32,000 bases of DNA from Candidatus Omnitrophota bacterium (GTDB lineage: Bacteria; Omnitrophota; Gorgyraeia; Zapsychrales; JANLHA01), in assembly GCA_963662715.1 (NCBI GenBank), contig OY759724.1, positions 2,970,001 to 3,002,000 of the forward strand. Direction: 5' to 3'. The position numbers were made by a program, and so were the translations under genes. The notes beneath the pieces were generated by a model that was not told the origin of the DNA, searched no databases, and saw nothing but the letters and a program-made list of their open reading frames with translations. Below, one piece after another: positions 18,192 through 26,124 of this stretch (its first letter is position 1; each line of letters opens with the position of its first letter).

Positions 18192-19541
18192 ATGCCAAAG
18201 CTTGTAAAAAATGGGGTCTTTAGGACTCTTTTCGATATGGCGGTCCCGATGTTAGCGGCAACGTTTGCCATGAACGCGTATAACCTTACAGATACCTGGT
18301 TTGTCTCGCGGTTGGGAACAGATGCCCTGGCGGCAATGTCATTTACATTTCCCGTGGTCATGCTCTTGCGATTTATCATACGAGGAGTGGGCAGCGGAGC
18401 AATGACGACGATAGCCCATACCTTAGGAGAAAAAAATCAGCGGATGGCCGCATCGCTGACGACCCATTCATTATTTTTGATGTTGATCTTGTCCTGCATC
18501 ATCTCAGGGATAGGATTATTGACTATGAAGTCCTTATTTATGCGGTTAGGCGCTTCGGGACATATCTTAAATTTGACAAACCAATATATGGGAATCTGGT
18601 TTTGGGGATTGGTTATCGTATCCTTGCAGATGATAATACTGGATATTATTATCGGCACCGGCAGCTCAAGGACGACCAGCTTTTTAGTTGTTTCAGGGAC
18701 ATTTTTAAACTTTATATTAGACCCTCTTTTTATCTTCGGCCTGTTCGGTTTTCCAAAGATGGGAATTCGCGGCGCTGCTCTGGCAACGATTTTGGCTCAA
18801 ATGTTAACACTAATAATCTCTATATATATTCTCGATAAAAAATATCATTTAATTTCTTCCTCGACATGGCGGCGCAGCCAAATTTGGGACTCTTGGAAAC
18901 GAATTTTACATATAGGGATACCTGGCATATTGAGTTCTGTTCTGACTCCGGTCTCTGCTGCTGTCATTGTCAGGATTGTCGCTGATTTCGGGCCCGGAGC
19001 GGTTGCCGCCTGTGGCGTGGCCACCCGTATCGAGATGTTTGCTTTCATGATCCCCATGACAGTCGGGGTATCTTTGGTTCCCTTTGTGGCACAGAATTAC
19101 GGGGCCCGGCGTTTTGACAGGATTGAATCCGCACGAAAAGGCACCCTAGTGTTTGCTTTAGGTTATGGACTGATTGCTGCAGTCCTATTTCTGTTCATGG
19201 CCAGGCCCTTCGCGATGATTTTCTCGGACAATCCGGGGGTAGTCGATATTATAGTGCAGTATATTCATATGACATGTTTTGGTTATGGATTCCTGGAAGT
19301 GCACCGTTATGCGGGATTTTATCTGATAGGGATTCATTCGCCCATACATGCCAATATCCTGAATGTCATTCGTACAATCGTTTTATTGATCCCGTTGTCG
19401 TTTATAGGCTCAAAGGTATTCGGTCTTTGGGGTGTTTTTGGAGGAAGGCTATTGACTGATATATCGGCCGGTATCATCGGGATTCTTTGGTCCAGAAGAG
19501 TATTGTTAACAACAATGACAAGGGAAGAGGACAGTTCCTAA
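18192..19541 (+). CDS. MATE-family multidrug/toxic-compound efflux transporter
   Basis: 449 aa with 12 predicted TM helices. The N-terminal pattern (PMLAATFAMNAYNLTDTWFVSRLGTDALAAMSFTFPV) and its internal duplication (GIPGILSSVLTPVSAAVIVRIVADFG..AVAACGVATRIE) are typical of MatE repeats. Confidence 0.88.
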   Translation: MPKLVKNGVFRTLFDMAVPMLAATFAMNAYNLTDTWFVSRLGTDALAAMSFTFPVVMLLRFIIRGVGSGAMTTIAHTLGEKNQRMAASLTTHSLFLMLILSCIISGIGLLTMKSLFMRLGASGHILNLTNQYMGIWFWGLVIVSLQMIILDIIIGTGSSRTTSFLVVSGTFLNFILDPLFIFGLFGFPKMGIRGAALATILAQMLTLIISIYILDKKYHLISSSTWRRSQIWDSWKRILHIGIPGILSSVLTPVSAAVIVRIVADFGPGAVAACGVATRIEMFAFMIPMTVGVSLVPFVAQNYGARRFDRIESARKGTLVFALGYGLIAAVLFLFMARPFAMIFSDNPGVVDIIVQYIHMTCFGYGFLEVHRYAGFYLIGIHSPIHANILNVIRTIVLLIPLSFIGSKVFGLWGVFGGRLLTDISAGIIGILWSRRVLLTTMTREEDSS

Positions 19542-19544
19542 TAA

Positions 19545-19593
19545 GTATGTATCCCTACGGTGAAACACCTTTGAGGCTGGTAAATGCGCTAAA
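19545..19593. repeat. Copy 2 of the ~49-nt intergenic direct repeat (immediately downstream of the MATE gene)
   Basis: GTATGTATCCCTACGGTGAAACACCTTTGAGGCTGGTAAATGCGCTAAA. It starts 4 nt after the MATE stop codon and is 43/49 identical to copy 1. Confidence 0.8.
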
Positions 19594-19749
19594 CGATTAA
19601 TAAACATCTTGATGAAGAATATTTAATAGATCTATCTGCGTAAGTAGGGAAGCGACACTGTTTAAAGTTTTAATGAGCCGGATATCGTGGGAGCCAGGGG
19701 AGGACAACACGGTTTATTGTTCATGAAATTTTTAAAATAAATTAAAACA

Positions 19750-21660
19750 ATGGAAATAAATGAAAAAACAGCTGTTATTGCTTTGTTCTCGGTCCCGCTG
19801 ATGTTATTAACCGCGGTAGCCATAAGAAATGCCGTTAAACCGCCTCCGGCTATAAAAACGAATATTCCCGTTATTCATTCAGAAAGCAGGGACGATGAGA
19901 CAGAGGAATCAGTCGCTGCTTTAGTCTATGCAATCCTTGATCGGAAGCAGAATTCCGCGGACCGGATTAAAGCTGTTGACAAGTTAAGTGAAATCCCCAC
20001 TGATGAGGCGTTTAACGCCTTGGTCGATTGTCTTAAAGTGAATCACGTCAGTGTTCAACGGAAGATCATCCAGGCCTTGGCCTGGCGAAAAGATCCCCGC
20101 GCCATTGTTCCTTTAAAAAGCCAGCTTAATATTTACAATTCCTTTTATTGGGGCAAGCCGCTTGACGAACAAAGCAGGGACACCGCCCAGGCTATCATTG
20201 CGATCGGTTTTACACCAGATGACCTCATTGATCTGGTCAAAGTTTACTACACGGCGGACAGGATAAACGAACTTGAAATTCTTGAACCTGGCATTGCCGT
20301 CAAGCTGATCGATAATTTAAAGAATTCAAACGATCAACAGGTCAAAATTAGTAGCATTATGGCACTCGGGCTGATGAAAGAAAAATCAGCGGTTATCCCT
20401 TTAACGGACATCTTGACCGAATCCGACTTTTTCCTTCAATGGGCAGCGGTCCGGGCATTAACCATGATCGCAGATACGCGTGCCGTCAGGCCGATGATCA
20501 ACTTAATCAACCACGATGACCACCGCATCACGGGGACCGTTAACGAATTTCTGAAAAAAATGGAAACTCTCATGTTGGAAGAATTAAAGAAAAACCGTGA
20601 ACCGAGTCCCGAGTTAATCGAATCATTATCATCGGCGGAATTCCCGGAGAAATATTACGCCGTCTGGGTGCTGAACCTGTTGGCGGATAAAGATGCCGCT
20701 GATGTCATGTCCAAACTGTTAACAGACTCTGATTTCAGGATCCGTAACATGACAGTCAGCTTTTTACGGAAAATATCATGGCATCCGAAAAATACGGACG
20801 ATCAGCTTCATTTTCTTTTTGCCACTGAAGACGATCAGGGGATCAAACAGTTAGCCGCACCAGATGTGATTGAAGCCTTGGGAAGACATCTTTTTCATCC
20901 AAATCAAAAATTAGCGGGATGGACAATCCGCATGCTCGGTGATATCGACAACCGGCAAACCATCCCGTTTTTAATGCAGGCATGGCGTTCTGCCCCAAAT
21001 ATCAATGAAACATTGTTTACCGCCTTAGCAAAAAAAGGAAGTACGGCCGTCGGTCCGCTCATACTAGAACTGAAAAACAGCCAAAGTAAAAAAATACTGC
21101 GACAAACGATTAAGCTGCTGGGACAAGCCGCCGACCCAAGGGCTGTCGATCCGCTTCTTGACCTCATGAAAAACAATCAGGACCCGGAGTTTCAATCATA
21201 TATCAGGGAAGCCCTGTGCTTCATCGGCGATCCGAAAACAAAGGATATTTTGATCGAGGAACTGATCGGTTACCCTAATAAAGAAGCGGCAGCGAAAGGA
21301 TTAAATAAAATCGGCTGGGGACCTCTTTCTGAAACGGAACGAATTCATTGGTGGTTGGCTACCCAAAACATCACGGAAATACAAAAAAATCATGATAAAG
21401 TAAATAAAATCCTTATCGATGACATGAAATCAGGAAAGCCAGGGGCTTTCAAGTATGCAATCTTAACCGGCCAGGAGGACCTTGTGCCTTTTCTGTTAGA
21501 CGAACTGAATTCCAAAGGGACTTTGTGGATGGCAAATATCTATTACAGTTCGGGCAACCCGGATCTGGAAAAGGCAGCCAAGGAGTGGGCCATAAGCAGG
21601 GGATGTGTTTTTGTGCCTACCACATCAGATGCGAATATACGGTGGGGAAGATTGCGATAG
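19750..21660 (+). CDS. HEAT-repeat (PBS-lyase-type) protein with N-terminal membrane anchor
   Basis: N-terminal hydrophobic helix (TAVIALFSVPLMLLTAVAI). HEAT_2-style units recur, each ending in D-P/T-R-A-V/I-x-P-L (DPRAIVPL, EKSAVIPL, DTRAVRPMINL, DPRAVDPLLDL), with R..A..AL cores. Confidence 0.72.
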   Translation: MEINEKTAVIALFSVPLMLLTAVAIRNAVKPPPAIKTNIPVIHSESRDDETEESVAALVYAILDRKQNSADRIKAVDKLSEIPTDEAFNALVDCLKVNHVSVQRKIIQALAWRKDPRAIVPLKSQLNIYNSFYWGKPLDEQSRDTAQAIIAIGFTPDDLIDLVKVYYTADRINELEILEPGIAVKLIDNLKNSNDQQVKISSIMALGLMKEKSAVIPLTDILTESDFFLQWAAVRALTMIADTRAVRPMINLINHDDHRITGTVNEFLKKMETLMLEELKKNREPSPELIESLSSAEFPEKYYAVWVLNLLADKDAADVMSKLLTDSDFRIRNMTVSFLRKISWHPKNTDDQLHFLFATEDDQGIKQLAAPDVIEALGRHLFHPNQKLAGWTIRMLGDIDNRQTIPFLMQAWRSAPNINETLFTALAKKGSTAVGPLILELKNSQSKKILRQTIKLLGQAADPRAVDPLLDLMKNNQDPEFQSYIREALCFIGDPKTKDILIEELIGYPNKEAAAKGLNKIGWGPLSETERIHWWLATQNITEIQKNHDKVNKILIDDMKSGKPGAFKYAILTGQEDLVPFLLDELNSKGTLWMANIYYSSGNPDLEKAAKEWAISRGCVFVPTTSDANIRWGRLR

Positions 21661-21809
21661 TGAAGGGAAGCAAAAGAAGGGAAAGGGGACAGGCCCCCAT
21701 AATAAACTATAAGGGACGGGGCAACCTTTTCAATTTCTGCCAACCATCCCACAGTGTACAATCTCGTGTAAAGCTGGAATAAAGTATTAAAAAAGCGTCA
21801 AAAAGAACT

Positions 21810-21847
21810 TGACAAATCCCCGCAATATGTTAGACTAGTCTAAGTTT
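21810..21847 (+). promoter_or_regulatory. Putative sigma70-type promoter (TTGACA-16 nt-TAGACT) overlapped by an 18-nt palindromic operator, GTTAGACTAGTCTAAGTT
   Basis: TTGACA at 21810-21815 and TAGACT at 21832-21837. Perfect 14-bp palindrome TTAGACTAGTCTAA at 21831-21844. It lies 35 nt upstream of the DtxR-family gene. A near-identical site occurs at 22387-22404. Confidence 0.55.
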
Positions 21848-21881
21848 TAGAGAACCCTCAAACATTATATTGATCATAAAC

Positions 21882-22349
21882 ATGGCACAGAATCTAACTT
21901 CAACGATGGAAGATTATCTCGAGACGATCTATGAACTTAAAAAAGTCAATGGTGTCGCCCGGGTCGGAGAAATTGCGGACAAACTCAAGGTTAAAAGTTC
22001 CACTGTGAATTCCGCAATAAAATACTTAACTGAACAAAATCTGGTTCTTCATGAAAAATACGGTTATGTTGGGTTGACGAAAGAAGGGGACAAACTGGCG
22101 GCCGGGGTGAAAAGCAAACACGATATTTTATTCCGGTTTCTGACGGAATTCCTGATGATTAATCCAGAAGCGGCAGAGAAAGAAGCATGTTGCATAGAGC
22201 ATGCGATAAGCGAAGAGACTTTTATAAGGCTTACGAAGTTTTTTTCTTTCTTGGAGAAAGGTTTTACCGATGAAAAGCCAAAGCTCCTGCAGTTATTTGA
22301 GGTCTATTTGAAGACAGGGAAAAGAATGAAATGTAATTGTGAACGATAG
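21882..22349 (+). CDS. DtxR/MntR/IdeR-family metal-dependent transcriptional repressor
   Basis: The N-terminal MEDYLETIYEL...GVARVGEIADKLKVKSSTV winged-helix segment is the family signature. The dimerisation/metal-site region carries E..ACCIEHAISEE. I chose ATG 21882; the track start at 21870 is a TTG. Confidence 0.85.
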   Translation: MAQNLTSTMEDYLETIYELKKVNGVARVGEIADKLKVKSSTVNSAIKYLTEQNLVLHEKYGYVGLTKEGDKLAAGVKSKHDILFRFLTEFLMINPEAAEKEACCIEHAISEETFIRLTKFFSFLEKGFTDEKPKLLQLFEVYLKTGKRMKCNCER

Positions 22350-22375
22350 TTTTGGGGGTAATAACCCATATTTTT

Positions 22376-22404
22376 TTGTGTAAAAAGTTAGATCAATCTA
22401 AGTT
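22376..22404 (+). promoter_or_regulatory. Putative feo promoter (TTGTGT-17 nt-TAAGTT) overlapped by the second operator copy, GTTAGATCAATCTAAGTT
   Basis: Operator at 22387-22404, 15/18 identical to 21830-21847, with inverted arms TTAGA/TCTAA. It lies 29 nt upstream of the feoA ATG. RBS GGAGGGG at 22424-22430. Confidence 0.5.
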
Positions 22405-22432
22405 GTTTTTATCTGTCTAAATTGGAGGGGTC

Positions 22433-22675
22433 ATGAAAGTAACCAAAAGACTAAACGAATTAAAACCTAAGGATACAGGGAGAATAAAAAAAATCGAAGA
22501 AGCCGGGAGTTTAAAGAAAAAATTGCTCGATATGGGCATTATACCGGGCAGTCCGTTTGAAATTGTCAAACTGGCCCCTTTAGGAGATCCGGTTGATATC
22601 AAAATCAAGGGATATCACCTGTCATTAAGGAAAGAAGAAGCCAAAAGCATTATTATTGAGGTAGATCATTTATGA
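22433..22675 (+). CDS. feoA: FeoA-family ferrous iron transport protein (copy 1)
   Basis: 80-aa SH3-like FeoA pattern: L..L..G..G.I..I......KKLLDMGIIPGSPFEIV...PLGDPV.I...G....LRK.EA..I.V. Confidence 0.85.
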   Translation: MKVTKRLNELKPKDTGRIKKIEEAGSLKKKLLDMGIIPGSPFEIVKLAPLGDPVDIKIKGYHLSLRKEEAKSIIIEVDHL

Positions 22676-22896
22676 TGCGGTTAACTGGAATCAAAACAGG
22701 GGAAAAAGTCGTTATTTTATCTTTTGACGGGGGGCGAGGCGCGGAAAAAAGGCTTCTTGATATGGGATTAATTCCGGGGGAGATCCTAAAGGTTATTAAT
22801 AATTCGGGCATAGGGCCTTTGACCGTTAATGTGAAAGGTTCCCGGCTGGCTTTAGGACATGGTTTGGCTCATAAATTGTTTGTGAAGGAGGTCTAA
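22672..22896 (+). CDS. feoA: FeoA-family ferrous iron transport protein (copy 2)
   Basis: 74 aa with RLLDMGLIPGEILKVINN...GPLTVNVKGSRLALGHGLA..L.V. The start overlaps the stop of copy 1 (ATGA at 22672-22675). Confidence 0.85.
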   Translation: MMRLTGIKTGEKVVILSFDGGRGAEKRLLDMGLIPGEILKVINNSGIGPLTVNVKGSRLALGHGLAHKLFVKEV

Positions 22897-22902
22897 CAAA
22901 AT

Positions 22903-24993
22903 ATGACAGCAATAAATAAAAAAATCCTCGTGGCTCTGGCCGGCAACCCGAATTCGGGGAAATCGACTATTTTCAATCATCTTACCGGGTCCAGGCAGCA
23001 TGTCGGGAATTATCCGGGAGTAACAGTTGAGAAAAAAGAAGGAAAAGCCAAATATAAAAATTATGAGATAACTTTTGTTGACCTCCCCGGGACATACAGC
23101 CTTTCGGCTAATTCTGAAGATGAAATTGTCGCCAGAGACTTTATTATCAAAGACAAACCAGACATTATTGTTCATATTGTCGATGCCTCCAATCTTGAAC
23201 GGAATCTATATCTTTACACACAACTGGCCGAACTCGATGTCCCCATTGTCCTCGCATTAAATATGACGGATATGGTCGCGGCAAAAGGATATTCCATTGA
23301 TTACGAGGAGCTAGAAAAATTGATTAAAAAGCCTGTTGTCGCGACCATCGGCCACAAAAATATCGGGATGGAGAAATTGCGGGAAGTCATCGTTGCTTTA
23401 TATGAAAAAGAATTAACAGTTGAAAAAATAAGAGCGGACTACGGGGAGGAAATCGAGCTTGAATACCAAAAAATCATCAAAATGTTAAGGCAATGCCAGG
23501 CAGAACTCAATGGCTACCCGATGGAATGGTTCGCCATGAAACTTCTTGAAAAAGATCTTTCGGCTCTTAACATGGCGAAGAATCTTTCTTTGGGAGAGGC
23601 TATCATTAAGCAAGTTGAAGAAAGCAGGAAACACTTAAGCCAGCATTTCGGGGATGAGGCAGAAGTGATGATTGCTGACCGCCGTTACGGTTTTGTCAGC
23701 GGCATATTTAACCAGGCGGTTAAACAGACCGTCGAGGAGCGGCACGATGTTTCAGACAGAATTGATAAATTCATTCTTAACAGGTTTTTGGGGCTGCCCA
23801 TCTTTGCATTTGTTATGTACAGCATCTTTAAATTCACATTCACTTTTTCTGAGCCGGTGGTGGGATGGTTTGAGTCCTTTTTTGAATGGGTGGCCGGCAT
23901 AGCCTCTTCAAGCCTTCCGGAAGGATTGTTCCTATCTTTTGTCGTAGACGGAATTATTGGCGGTATTGGCGGAGTATTAGGCTTTTTTCCTCTTGTTCTC
24001 TTCATGTTTTTTGCCATTGCTTTTTTTGAAGATTCAGGATATATGGCCAGGGCCGCCTTTGTTATGGACAGGATCATGCATAAATTCGGCCTGCACGGGA
24101 AATCTTTTCTGCCGATGATGATATCAACGAACGGTTGTGCCGTGCCGGGAATCATGGCCACACGAACACTGGACAGCAAAAAAGACCGGCTGATCACCAT
24201 GATGGTAACCCCTTTTATGATTTGCGGGGCTAAACTACCGATATTTGCCTTGTTTATCGGGGCCTTTTTCCCTAAAGAACACGGGGCCAATCTTATGTTC
24301 CTCATGTATGCCCTAAGTATAGTCATTGCATTTGCCTCCGCCTGGATATTAAAAAGTTTTGTATTTAAAGGAGAAACAGCGCATTTCGTTATGGAACTGC
24401 CTCCGTACCGTGTCCCCACGATACAGGGACTGCTTCTTAAAATGTGGGAAAGAGGATGGTTGTATATAAAGAAAGCCGGTACGATCATTCTTCTCATATC
24501 CATATTAATTTGGGCGGGATTCACTTTTCCTAAATTTGATGGTGGGGAAGGGCTGAACGAGGAAGCCGTTGCCGCATTGCAAATGGAACAGAGTTTTGCG
24601 GGGAGAGTCGGCAAATTCGTGGAACCGGCTGTCAAACCACTCGGCATGGATTGGAGAAGCGGGGTCGCGCTGATGGCGGGGATCGCGGCCAAAGAGGTTG
24701 TTGTAAGCACTTTGGGAACCGTTTACAGTCTGGGAGAAGTTGATCCAGAGGAGACGGAATCATTAAGAGAATCTTTACAGCATGATCCGACATGGAATCC
24801 ACTGAAAGCCTTGTCTTTTTTAATGTTTTCTTTGATTTATTTGCCGTGTTTTGTGGCCATGGCCGTGTTTTACCGTGAATCTGGATCTAGCTGGAAATGG
24901 ACCTCCTTTTTGATTTTCTGGACCACGGTTATGGCATGGGTAATTTCGTTTGGTGTTTATCAGGGAGGAACGATTTTAGGCTTCGGAGGATAA
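22903..24993 (+). CDS. feoB: Ferrous iron transporter FeoB
   Basis: N-terminal G-domain with GNPNSGKST (G1), DLPGTYSL (G3) and NMTD (G4). It is followed by a polytopic permease domain with the two gate-motif regions. 696 aa. Confidence 0.95.
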   Translation: MTAINKKILVALAGNPNSGKSTIFNHLTGSRQHVGNYPGVTVEKKEGKAKYKNYEITFVDLPGTYSLSANSEDEIVARDFIIKDKPDIIVHIVDASNLERNLYLYTQLAELDVPIVLALNMTDMVAAKGYSIDYEELEKLIKKPVVATIGHKNIGMEKLREVIVALYEKELTVEKIRADYGEEIELEYQKIIKMLRQCQAELNGYPMEWFAMKLLEKDLSALNMAKNLSLGEAIIKQVEESRKHLSQHFGDEAEVMIADRRYGFVSGIFNQAVKQTVEERHDVSDRIDKFILNRFLGLPIFAFVMYSIFKFTFTFSEPVVGWFESFFEWVAGIASSSLPEGLFLSFVVDGIIGGIGGVLGFFPLVLFMFFAIAFFEDSGYMARAAFVMDRIMHKFGLHGKSFLPMMISTNGCAVPGIMATRTLDSKKDRLITMMVTPFMICGAKLPIFALFIGAFFPKEHGANLMFLMYALSIVIAFASAWILKSFVFKGETAHFVMELPPYRVPTIQGLLLKMWERGWLYIKKAGTIILLISILIWAGFTFPKFDGGEGLNEEAVAALQMEQSFAGRVGKFVEPAVKPLGMDWRSGVALMAGIAAKEVVVSTLGTVYSLGEVDPEETESLRESLQHDPTWNPLKALSFLMFSLIYLPCFVAMAVFYRESGSSWKWTSFLIFWTTVMAWVISFGVYQGGTILGFGG

Positions 24994-24994
24994 T

Positions 24995-25138
24995 ATGGAA
25001 GAATTTACGGTTTTGACAATCGTATTCATAAGTATCGTGTGGCTTGTAGTAAAAGTTATACGAACAACCGGAAATGGAACATCATGTAATCATTGCGGTT
25101 ATTTCGAACAATGTGAAAAAAGAGGGCAAAAAACATGA
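24995..25138 (+). CDS. FeoB-associated Cys-rich small membrane protein (47 aa; not in the supplied ORF track)
   Basis: My translation is MEEFTVLTIVFISIVWLVVKVIRTTGNGTSCNHCGYFEQCEKRGQKT. It has one TM helix followed by a C-x2-C...C tail. It starts 1 nt after the feoB stop, and its stop overlaps the next gene's ATG (ATGA at 25135-25138). Position and architecture match the FeoB_associated family as I remember it. Confidence 0.55.
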   Translation: MEEFTVLTIVFISIVWLVVKVIRTTGNGTSCNHCGYFEQCEKRGQKT

Positions 25139-25743
25139 AAGATGTCAATCAATATGATTATGACTTAGATCAAGAAGGGATTAAGAGACACAAAAAAGGA
25201 GTGAGCAGTTTTTTTATGCATGATTCAAAACTTATTTTTAAAGAACTGAATCTTAGAAAAGGTGACCATTTTCTCGATTTAGGATGCGGTGCCGGAGATT
25301 ATTCACTGCAAGCGGCTAAACATGTGGGTGATTCAGGAACGGTGTATGCTTTGGATAAGTGGAGCGAGGTAACGGGACGGTTTACAGAAAAAATAAATTC
25401 TCAACAAATAAAGAATATTAAGGTGTTAGCCTTTGACATCCTTCATCCATTACCTATGGACAGCCATAGCATAGATGTTTGTTTAATAGCTACGGTGTTA
25501 CATATACCGAATATATCCCGCCATGCAAAAGATTTATTTCAGGAGGTTAATCGTATTTTAAAAAAAGACGGACGTGCAGCTGTTATTGAGATCAAAAAAG
25601 AAGAAATGTCTTTTGGTCCGCCGGTCTGCATGAGATTATCACCGGAAGAGACCGAATCCTTGATAAAACCCTGTGGTTTTGAAAAGAGGAGTTTCCTGGA
25701 ACTTGGCTGTAATTATATGATTCAGTTTAATGTCAAGAAATAG
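25135..25743 (+). CDS. Class I SAM-dependent methyltransferase
   Basis: Motif I FLDLGCGAGDYS, ALDKW acidic loop and LKKDGRAAVIE. Translationally coupled to the feo operon. Confidence 0.8.
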   Translation: MKDVNQYDYDLDQEGIKRHKKGVSSFFMHDSKLIFKELNLRKGDHFLDLGCGAGDYSLQAAKHVGDSGTVYALDKWSEVTGRFTEKINSQQIKNIKVLAFDILHPLPMDSHSIDVCLIATVLHIPNISRHAKDLFQEVNRILKKDGRAAVIEIKKEEMSFGPPVCMRLSPEETESLIKPCGFEKRSFLELGCNYMIQFNVKK

Positions 25744-25783
25744 ATGGGATCAATGATATTGTTTTCATAGAAAGTGCTGATAA

Positions 25784-25948
25784 ATGGAAGAAGATGCCAG
25801 ACAGAAAACGAATCAAATCCGCTGCGCCTGTGGAAAATTATATTTAATAAAAACGAAAGAAGGATATGAATTTAAATGCCCCAGGTGCAAAAGAGTTCAG
25901 CTTCTGAGATACGAAGAGCTCATAGTAAACTATTTGACTAAAGATTAA
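25784..25948 (+). CDS. Small zinc-ribbon protein resembling phage Mu Com (54 aa; not in the supplied ORF track)
   Basis: My translation is MEEDARQKTNQIRCACGKLYLIKTKEGYEFKCPRCKRVQLLRYEELIVNYLTKD. The IRC-x-CGKL...(E/I)-x-KCPRCKR pattern parallels Mu Com (IRCKNCNKLLFKA...IEIRCPRCKR), recalled from memory. There is no strong RBS. Confidence 0.4.
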   Translation: MEEDARQKTNQIRCACGKLYLIKTKEGYEFKCPRCKRVQLLRYEELIVNYLTKD

Positions 25949-26067
25949 AAATAGTCTCAAAACGACAATAAAATAGGAATCAAACACGCGGTCAGAGATC
26001 AGTCCCGTAATACGGGATTAATTCGGGCTCTAACTTATGTCACTTCATAAGTTATGCCCTCATAAAG

Positions 26068-26107
26068 AATCCAGAACCCTAAAAACATAGGAGTCTGGAT
26101 TTTTTTA
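26068..26107 (+). terminator. Rho-independent terminator (or attenuator) upstream of the flavodoxin operon
   Basis: AATCCAGA (26068-26075) pairs with TCTGGATT (26094-26101). An inner CCT/AGG pairing follows, and the stem runs into a 7-T run (26100-26106). It ends 3 nt before RBS GAGGAGG (26111-26117). Confidence 0.6.
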
Positions 26108-26124
26108 TTAGAGGAGGATGAACT

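Noticed and set aside
19626-19635. 10-bp perfect palindrome ATAGATCTAT as a third DtxR-type operator
   Set aside because: It shares only TAGAT with the feo/dtxR operators, has different arm spacing and lacks the flanking G...AGTT. It is too short to stand out from chance in AT-rich intergenic DNA.
21663-21694. Purine-rich tract GAAGGGAAGCAAAAGAAGGGAAAGGGGACAGG after the HEAT-repeat gene
   Set aside because: It is a single occurrence with no repeat unit or pairing partner. It is probably incidental low-complexity sequence.
23685-24710. 341-aa minus-strand ORF inside feoB
   Set aside because: It lies entirely antisense to a gene with unmistakable FeoB motifs. Its product is low-complexity (Ser/Pro/Ala/Ile-rich) with no start context. 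This is a typical shadow ORF.
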